Assembly (NCBI GenBank): GCA_030650425.1
Contig: JAUSED010000005.1
Coordinates: 14,932-78,931 of the forward strand
Reading direction: 5' to 3'
From: Candidatus Omnitrophota bacterium
Lineage (GTDB): Bacteria > Omnitrophota > Gorgyraeia > Gygaellales > Profunditerraquicolaceae
Length of the DNA stretch: 64,000 nt
Shown here: piece by piece, positions 63,001 to 64,000 of the stretch
Position numbering within the stretch: the first letter of the stretch is position 1
How the letters are laid out: each line of letters starts with the position of its first letter
The notes under the pieces: model-generated
Databases searched by the model: none
Seen by the model: only the letters and a program-made list of their open reading frames with translations
What the model was told of the DNA's origin: nothing
Made by a program: the position numbers and the translations under genes

Positions 63001-64000
63001 CCTATAATAGATTACATAAAGCGTCTACCTATTCTACCTATTGTGTCCCTTTCGGGAGCGTCCCCTATTGCTACCCACTCAGTTTCTCTTTTTATTGAGA
63101 TTATCCGTAAAGGCGCTGGCGCCTCTAGCCCGGTAGTTTTAGAGGCTAAGAAAAACTATAGAGATTTGATGCATGATCTGAGGGGAAATTTTATTGTTGT
63201 TAGGAGTTGTATACTTAAAGGCCAGAATGAGCTGCCTCAATATTTTGACAAAACTAATGCTGATTATACAGTAATTCCGGAGCTGGAAGCTTTCTTAAAA
63301 GCGGCAGATGTATTTATTCAGATGATGGACAAAGATTCGCGTTTCATACAAGAAGAAATCAATCAGGGATTACCCAGGGAAGGGCTGCCAAGAGAGGAAA
63401 CAGAAGAAACAATAAGCAAGAACCTGGGCCCATTTTATCAAGCGCTAAAAGGCCTTGAGAAATTAAAAGATAATTTTACAGAGCGGGTAAATTTATATAT
63501 GAACCTATGTGTTAGCGCCAGTAATGCGGCGCTTGTGACAATGAACAAATTATTATTCTGGACAGGGTATTCGATGTGGCCATGTGAAGACTTGAATAAA
63601 TTTATTAAAGAGATAGTGGAGCCTTTTAGGGCGCAGCACTTTGGTTATCTTCGAGAAAGCGCATTCACTAAAGCAGAGCCGCAGAAATTACTGGACGCGG
63701 GAATAGCAAGGAAAGCGGATGGGCGAATACATTGGAGCGTCTCTAGCGAGCAGGAATTATATCAGAAATTAGCCGAACTAGAGAATTCAAACATTGAATT
63801 TGTGGTTAAACAATGGAAGGCCTGGCGCAAGATCGAATTTACGATCAAAATCTCGAAGTTCTTAAAGGCCGGAGAAGTTTCTGTCTATACAGATGTTATA
63901 AGGGATACTTTGACAGACCTTGCTAACAATGCCATAAAGTACAGCGGGGCAAACAAAATAGAGATTAAGGTTTTCCATAAAAAAGGCGAGGCGCATTTTA
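1..64000 (+). CDS. giant multidomain ORF in frame +1, partial at both ends (no in-frame stop anywhere in the window; at least 21,333 codons)
   Basis: ORF track has no +1 ORF with both ends in the window; only eight short +2 ORFs and none in +3. Codon-by-codon read of 53761-54180 and 60481-64000 plus about 15 scattered lines found no stop. The translation is protein-like with many recognisable domain motifs. Confidence 0.85.
300..800 (+). other. domain: degenerate GGDEF-like nucleotide-cyclase fold (GGDEI)
   Basis: ...YIGFGDMVGVRVMNKAHS...VKYGGRAIRIGGDEIGIILP at 541-600 matches the DxDxFK...RYGGDEF pattern with F->I. Confidence 0.45.
2497..2895 (+). other. domain: CheY-like response-regulator receiver (REC)
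   Basis: KILLVDDESSLRELTRMF...YDLILTDLDMPRMGGLDLA...TPVIMTSGRG...LSKPYMNKEL. The acidic pocket DD, the phospho-acceptor D in TDLDMP, and the conserved T and K are all present. Confidence 0.85.
3730..4750 (+). other. domain: protein-kinase-like fold (kinase-like 1)
   Basis: Catalytic-loop-like ITDPKPENIIIT at 4351-4386, followed by IFFIDLDY (DFG-like) at 4411-4434. Confidence 0.4.
4822..4875 (+). other. internal Met plus twin-arginine (Tat) signal-like segment
   Basis: In-frame ATG at 4822, then MAKNIPLTRRGFIKLTAFLVGLGVL. TRRGFIK matches S/T-R-R-x-F-L-K and is followed by an h-region. It sits directly after an SSP linker (TTSSP). Confidence 0.5.
4900..6230 (+). other. domain: alpha/alpha-toroid-like (six-hairpin glycosidase-like?) family, copy 1
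   Basis: YRYYAAYSYDMAIYAIVLKML ... DGGFRMGPRGQ ... ESAIAFLDLLYSS ... DKEAGVFFRGSR. It is paralogous to 12870-13900 and to the fragment at 60880-61040. Confidence 0.3.
6240..8270 (+). other. domain: family-2 glycosyltransferase, processive synthase-like, with polytopic membrane region and a C-terminal beta-rich module
   Basis: QIPTRNEP...QVIDNSD (6520-6650), ILDVDS (6820-6840), GHNGIWRKSALDKIGGW...SEDTD (7030-7110), QKRTRKF (QxxRW-like). TM helices at about 7300-7800. Confidence 0.7.
9480..11800 (+). other. polytopic membrane domain (many predicted TM helices)
   Basis: Long hydrophobic runs, e.g. LLAVSLASLFIAGAALYLGYLL, ITPFIYIGVLFISAFI, GIPILVALIPLLKALLLIL, WLFSGPVALALVT. The function is not recognisable. 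Confidence 0.5.
12229..12378 (+). other. domain: LysM peptidoglycan-binding
   Basis: YIVKPGDNLSTIAQKTLGKAGLWPKIYELNKKVIGSNPNLIFAGQKFSLP. Confidence 0.75.
12870..13900 (+). other. domain: alpha/alpha-toroid-like family, copy 2
   Basis: YGKSYIYDLAVYIDVLSY...DKGVFRFTSDKKD...TEHQISAYAAFNWLV parallels 5040-5600. Confidence 0.3.
15650..16900 (+). other. coiled-coil-rich region
   Basis: Q/E/K/L-rich heptad-like stretch (NQLRRQMVAFNKLAEAINRL...QELSTVNAKISEAEQLLAKAQA...). Confidence 0.4.
26440..27060 (+). other. domain: HAD-superfamily phosphatase-like (sugar-phosphatase type)
   Basis: Motif I VFIFDIDGTVS at 26452-26484 (DxDGT), with downstream small hydrophobic/S-T motif II candidates. Confidence 0.5.
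29497..29682. repeat. R2 repeat, copy A (about 185 bp; 157-bp core at 29524-29680)
   Basis: 96% identical to 50482-50663. Frame +1 encodes SSSPIQTGALVGTRFEQQVARLMGVGSLSETLRGIDIRTKEELANGAIGQINSFLAAKGLS. Confidence 0.9.
29730..30650 (+). other. domain: sugar-phosphate nucleotidyltransferase-like (NDP-sugar pyrophosphorylase fold)
   Basis: VRPIVMAAGNATRFSRF (29728-29780; the G-x-G-T-R signature) and a later KGHGDAF. Confidence 0.5.
31600..35110 (+). other. module P1: expanded CofD/YvcK (UPF0052)-like domain plus a conserved C-terminal region
   Basis: CFGGGSGTLAIL at 31831, VHVLQSSIDDGGSTFK at 31930, GITFGPGSFFTSTMPHFLVKGLAKAL at 33330-33410. Paralogous to P2. Confidence 0.6.
35158..36640 (+). 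other. domain: glycogen/starch synthase-like (GlgA, GT5)
   Basis: MHIVMVSAEAYP from ATG 35158; PDVIHVHDWPISLIPLL (35560-35620; compare GlgA DVVHAHDWH); GILPGVDYEAFDPVED; C-terminal MPHSAVPGSFVPLYSLRYGTVPVVNAIG (compare GlgA SRFEPCGL..LY.LRYGT.P.V). Confidence 0.75.
37850..38860 (+). other. domain: ROK-family sugar kinase-like (copy 1)
   Basis: VLVGLDMGGSYIKLV at 37855 and VYLINDGDADAF at 38245. Confidence 0.6.
38880..42380 (+). other. module P2: paralog of P1 (expanded CofD/YvcK-like)
   Basis: CFGGGSGMLAIL at 39110, VHVLQTSIDDGGATFK at 39190, GITFGPGSFFTSLMSYFLAKGLAKAL at 40585. Collinear with P1 and about 55% identical at the amino-acid level by eye. Confidence 0.6.
42800..43790 (+). other. 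domain: ROK-family sugar kinase-like (copy 2)
   Basis: LWFGLDIGGSDLKTVVV at 42820 and VYVINDGDAAA at 43170. Confidence 0.65.
43850..45250 (+). other. domain: phosphoglucomutase/phosphomannomutase (alpha-D-phosphohexomutase)
   Basis: GGIMITASHNPYHYNGFK at 44130-44185 (the active-site Ser loop), GIAFDGDADRL at 44560-44590 (the metal loop), GGEQSGHFFF at 44810. Confidence 0.85.
46200..46850 (+). other. domain: protein-kinase/APH-like phosphotransferase fold (kinase-like 2)
   Basis: RLFIGDPTPFNIVLL ... KIIDLDGI at 46648-46740. Confidence 0.4.
46880..47760 (+). other. domain: canonical-length CofD/YvcK (UPF0052)-like
   Basis: ITSLGGGSGPQRL at 46890, ITVFDNAGSTGIMRR...PAVGDLRN at 46960-47040, ADIIIIGPGSITSYIPVLLTRGIAGAI at 47610-47690. 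Motif spacing matches YvcK. Confidence 0.7.
48180..48540 (+). other. domain: HATPase_c (RsbW/SpoIIAB anti-sigma-factor kinase-like)
   Basis: LREAIDNSIAHAKGKVWIIWGV...EVKDEGDK...DGKGIGLKIIKN. Confidence 0.5.
48640..48960. repeat. R3 repeat, copy 1 (about 300 nt)
   Basis: Shares ..gaggcaatggt.attg.tgcttcaagc...ttagtaaagcc.., ..ccaataggttccataaacg.tctacaata.. and the terminal gtgttcccggaattgcc with copies 2 and 3. Confidence 0.6.
49700..50400 (+). other. domain: nucleotidyltransferase head (poly(A) polymerase / CCA-adding enzyme type)
   Basis: IILMGGGVRDIFFDSEITDADVSI at 49757-49830 (the GGxVRD...DxD signature). Confidence 0.5.
50482..50663. repeat. R2 repeat, copy B (core 50506-50662)
   Basis: 6 mismatches over the 157-bp core, 4 of them synonymous in frame +1. 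Confidence 0.9.
50880..51690 (+). other. domain: kinase-like 3 (APH/PKL-like)
   Basis: ISIGEGGYSTVFKVTINDKYAFVLKI ... KIIKIFDIDLARD. Weak match. Confidence 0.3.
51720..52200 (+). other. domain: GNAT N-acetyltransferase
   Basis: IYVYQMAVMPRYQSRGIGAGLFKKLVDFSQ at 51940-52020 (the motif A R/Q-x-x-G-x-G/A). Confidence 0.65.
52230..53220 (+). other. membrane segment (4-6 TM helices), function unknown
   Basis: VFSIIVLGVFAYVFL, GLVYLVFGTL, AVFVFVFFIAIAGL, FSGILLGFILL, ALIVFGSIAPFVIAI. Confidence 0.4.
53731..53877 (-). pseudogene. hicA-like toxin remnant (C-terminal half only; no start, overlaps the hicB 3' end)
   Basis: The minus frame gives FAHPGHSQDLTRRVVVPLHGSSSIKPGTLRAILKGAAISIEDFKGLLK, which matches the HicA C-terminus (..hp...vtvPvH...GTLRsILKqAgls.eef). 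No N-terminal helix or start codon. In-frame TAA at 53878-53880. Confidence 0.45.
53847..54044 (-). CDS. hicB: HicB-family antitoxin (UPF0150)
   Basis: MLRRFKIILEKEPSGGFSVTIPSLTGCATQGETLEEAIRNAKEAVSLYIETMKEDNLPIPAILKT. AGGAGG at 54051-54056 lies 6 nt before ATG 54044. The ORF-track start at 54068 lies at or upstream of the predicted transcription start. Confidence 0.8.
   Translation of the reverse strand: MLRRFKIILEKEPSGGFSVTIPSLTGCATQGETLEEAIRNAKEAVSLYIETMKEDNLPIPAILKT
54071..54099 (-). promoter_or_regulatory. sigma70-type promoter for hicB: TTGACT, 17 nt, TATACT
   Basis: Minus-strand read: cTTGACTtactttaccgaagaggtTATACTctatgttatcaagaAGGAGGttaaaaATG. -35 at 54094-54099 and -10 at 54071-54076. 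Confidence 0.7.
54175..54468. repeat. R3 repeat, copy 2
   Basis: Same blocks as copy 1; ends gtgtccccggaattaaccctt directly before the in-frame ATG at 54469. Confidence 0.6.
54469..56320 (+). other. TM-anchored HEAT/ARM-repeat segment
   Basis: In-frame ATG at 54469, then MILTGLKFIVGILGIVGLILLF (TM). Repeats with AAEALGSLIG, TTRAAGCLIQLGEPA, IKSLAKIASPEA, IVRTLGENK, LHAALALLEIDP. Confidence 0.45.
56505..56601. repeat. R1 repeat, copy a (about 90 nt; ends in the 19-nt SSP-site)
   Basis: aatgtagacagtttatcc...ttagaaaacaaatcc...ggccgctccagctcgccggcggaag. Lies immediately 3' of the relE stop on the minus strand. Confidence 0.75.
56623..56883 (-). CDS. RelE/ParE-family toxin
   Basis: MLTKVEFTPAGEREFKKLSLPLQKRVIEKIDLYIFSGKPLYFAKPLVNLPPATHRFRVGKYRICFYLVSGSIVIDGVDTREDAYRK. 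Only 8 nt downstream of the upstream ORF's stop (translational coupling). Confidence 0.7.
   Translation of the reverse strand: MLTKVEFTPAGEREFKKLSLPLQKRVIEKIDLYIFSGKPLYFAKPLVNLPPATHRFRVGKYRICFYLVSGSIVIDGVDTREDAYRK
56892..57287 (-). CDS. putative antitoxin (unclassified family) of the RelE/ParE module
   Basis: 131-aa ORF immediately 5' of the toxin. AGGGAGG at 57296-57302 lies 8 nt before ATG 57287. Consensus promoter upstream. Confidence 0.45.
   Translation of the reverse strand: MRSKSLVKSSKESVKIEPIEKFAAIPKKLKKSELKDFKAAAVVDKNGAPKYFIFDTGSLWDLLCAFDDRFEKSAPAKEYVFSNPGGWLIDGIEERLPINPKLASRLKRGIEEAQALGLVSFDKIKHKLGMS
57314..57343 (-). promoter_or_regulatory. sigma70-type promoter for the antitoxin-RelE operon: TTGACA, 18 nt, TATACT
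   Basis: Minus-strand read: gcTTGACAgatcgaaaaagaatgtgtTATACTgtttataaataAGGGAGGatgaagaaATG. -35 at 57338-57343 and -10 at 57314-57319. Confidence 0.65.
59215..59490. repeat. R3 repeat, copy 3 (more diverged)
   Basis: ...ttagtaaagccggataataaag...gaggcaagctcttcgtttaaagatatccacacagggccttctcctccgg...gtgcccccggaattacgcgc. Confidence 0.5.
60685..61040 (+). other. Tat-signal plus lipobox lipoprotein-like segment, truncated by the R1/PIN cassette
   Basis: In-frame ATG at 60685: MGISRRSFIKNSSLVLLGPSRLASLLRYLSALSLAGCGGGGG. SRRSFIK is a twin-arginine motif and LAGC is a lipobox. Then FIYDQGLAIRALVEFGG (alpha/alpha-toroid-family N-terminus) runs into R1. Confidence 0.55.
61040..61131. repeat. R1 repeat, copy b
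   Basis: aacgtagacagtttatccagccc...ttagaaaacaaatccaaaatgacaagccgctccagctcgccggtggag. Lies immediately 3' of the PIN toxin 1 stop. Confidence 0.75.
61176..61583 (-). CDS. PIN-domain toxin (VapC/COG1569-like)
   Basis: MLKVVIDTNIWISAL...CRDCEDDFILSLAAESKVPLVSLDKDI. The conserved D in beta-1, the DD and the LVS.DKD signatures are present. Confidence 0.8.
   Translation of the reverse strand: MLKVVIDTNIWISALMNSSLTRPILNAFINEEFTLIVSEKLLKELNDTLSKPKVKRLIPANEAKELVALIDDKSHKLKTRLELDICRDCEDDFILSLAAESKVPLVSLDKDILVLKAKGFDILSPNEFLELLRKR
61585..61809 (-). CDS. putative antitoxin of PIN module 1
   Basis: MSKVTLELNTKQVENLIEEL... AGGAGGTG at 61816-61823 lies 6 nt upstream of ATG 61809. The ORF track extends to a GTG at 61818. 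Its stop is 1 nt from the toxin start. Confidence 0.55.
   Translation of the reverse strand: MSKVTLELNTKQVENLIEELPLEEKLIIARRLNLETWQLRFKNLISRIDKRIKNRRVLSNDEIVRIVKKVRKAN
61850..61878 (-). promoter_or_regulatory. sigma70-type promoter for PIN module 1: TTGACG, 17 nt, TATAAT
   Basis: Minus-strand read: cTTGACGcaaaggcggcattgggtTATAATttgttgacgagtagtttattaatgatAGGAGGtgttttacATG. -35 at 61873-61878 and -10 at 61850-61855. Confidence 0.7.
61955..62046. repeat. R1 repeat, copy c
   Basis: aatacagacagtttacctatccc...ttaagaaataaatccgtaatgacaggccgctccagttcgcctgcggaa. Lies immediately 3' of the PIN toxin 2 stop. Confidence 0.7.
62094..62558 (-). CDS. PIN-domain toxin 2
   Basis: ...LRLILDSNEYIFALGA...GADALVTENRHFL. 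The likelier start is TTG 62513-62511, preceded by GGGAGG plus 6 nt; that gives MRLILDSN... Confidence 0.75.
   Translation of the reverse strand: MRKFVKLVKRFGRQNLRLILDSNEYIFALGAVRYPPSEKLIEKIAERPEDITVRILRLIIEEVRDNLTPEAFKEFILLINAWTKIDEDFEVPFELGTKYETLGLKPADALIGAFSEYTGADALVTENRHFLSRRSADLPFKVLTAESCLKILSK
62494..62661 (-). CDS. putative small antitoxin of PIN module 2 (55 aa)
   Basis: MRKNIQEVKKRIDKIRQLMSKVSSPCRGLSKQEIIEKIRKTREKIWEAKFAAHSR. GAGGTGA lies 6 nt before ATG 62661. It overlaps the toxin start. Confidence 0.5.
   Translation of the reverse strand: MRKNIQEVKKRIDKIRQLMSKVSSPCRGLSKQEIIEKIRKTREKIWEAKFAAHSR
62681..62709 (-). promoter_or_regulatory. candidate promoter for PIN module 2: TTGACT, 17 nt, TAACCT
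   Basis: Minus-strand read: caCTTGACTaaagtttttaggtatgtTAACCTtacttagAGGTGAagaattATG. -35 at 62704-62709 and a weak -10 at 62681-62686. Confidence 0.45.
63130..64000 (+). other. domain: sensor histidine kinase core (HisKA H-box plus HATPase_c N-box), partial at the window end
   Basis: YRDLMHDLRGNF at 63160-63195 (H-box) and DTLTDLANNAIKYSGANKIEIKV at 63910-63980 (N-box). Confidence 0.6.

Larger units (their letters stand above)
48583..63138. repeat. array of about 27 dispersed SSP-sites (19-nt imperfect palindrome CTCCAGCTCGCCGG(T/C)GGAG and variants) delimiting 0.25-1.9 kb segments
   Basis: Most complete sites: 53221-53238, 56320-56340, 56581-56601, 57397-57420, 61111-61131 and 62026-62046. 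Other clear sites: 48583-48600, 50761-50775, 51691-51711, 52210-52230, 53695-53712, 54139-54156, 59473-59490, 60544-60561 and 63121-63138. Confidence 0.7.

Noticed and set aside
48583-63138. Classical integron with attC sites
   Set aside because: No GTTRRRY/RYYYAAC core sites at segment ends and no intI in the window. The segments are in mixed orientation and in frame. I describe the array as integron-like rather than as an integron.
48583-63138. CRISPR array (regularly recurring 19-nt repeat)
   Set aside because: Spacing is irregular (0.25-1.9 kb). The intervening segments are protein-coding modules. The repeat is translated as SSSPVE. No cas genes are present.
1-64000. Stop-codon reassignment (code 4 or 25) as the explanation for the long ORF
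   Set aside because: Frame +1 lacks all three stops, not just TGA. The other frames contain all three at normal density. The minus-strand TA genes terminate with TGA, TAG and TAA.
1-64000. rRNA, tRNA or other structured RNA genes
   Set aside because: No cloverleaf-like or rRNA-like segments were noticed. Essentially every base is covered by the +1 coding frame.

Overview
The whole window sits inside one giant gene on the + strand, in frame +1 (codons starting at 1, 4, 7 ...). The supplied ORF track has no frame +1 ORF with both ends in the window, only eight short +2 ORFs and none in +3. I re-read 53761-54180, 60481-64000 and about 15 scattered lines codon by codon and found no TAA/TAG/TGA in frame +1, although all three are abundant in the other frames. 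The rest of the 64 kb was translated only in a running pass, not counted codon by codon. If this holds, the window carries at least 21,333 sense codons of a gene over 64 kb that continues past both edges.

The translation is not the usual repetitive adhesin. It reads like a chain of enzyme and signalling domains:
- a degenerate GGDEF (GGDEI) domain and a CheY-type receiver;
- several protein-kinase-like domains;
- a GT2 processive-synthase-like domain with its membrane segment, and a roughly 2.3 kb polytopic membrane block;
- LysM and a HAD (DIDGT) phosphatase-like domain;
- what looks like a complete glycogen-synthesis pathway in one polypeptide: an NDP-sugar pyrophosphorylase-like domain, three CofD/YvcK-like domains, a GlgA-type glycogen synthase, two ROK glucokinase-like domains and a phosphoglucomutase;
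- an RsbW-like HATPase, a CCA/poly(A)-polymerase-type nucleotidyltransferase head, a GNAT acetyltransferase and HEAT repeats;
- a HisKA plus HATPase_c module at the 3' edge.

Domains are commonly separated by a recurring Ser-Ser-Pro-[V/A/I/L] motif.

The 3' 15 kb (48.0-63.2 kb) looks like a cassette array. There the motif is encoded by a near-invariant 19-nt imperfect palindrome, CTCCAGCTCGCCGG(T/C)GGAG, every 0.25-1.9 kb. The segments between sites carry unrelated small modules in both orientations. Four of them are bona fide minus-strand toxin-antitoxin modules (HicB with a HicA remnant, RelE/ParE-like, and two PIN toxins), each with a near-consensus sigma70 promoter and Shine-Dalgarno sequence. 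The +1 frame nevertheless stays open straight through them.

Three repeat families are present:
- R1, about 90 nt, three copies, always at the 3' end of an antisense toxin;
- R2, about 185 bp, 96% identical copies at 29.5 and 50.5 kb, with 4 of 6 differences synonymous in frame +1;
- R3, about 300 nt, three copies.

There is also an ancient internal tandem duplication: 31.6-35.1 kb against 38.9-42.4 kb.

I found no rRNA, tRNA or CRISPR. GC is around 40% by eye, not computed. Domain coordinates are approximate (about +/-60 nt). Motif coordinates were read directly from the sequence.
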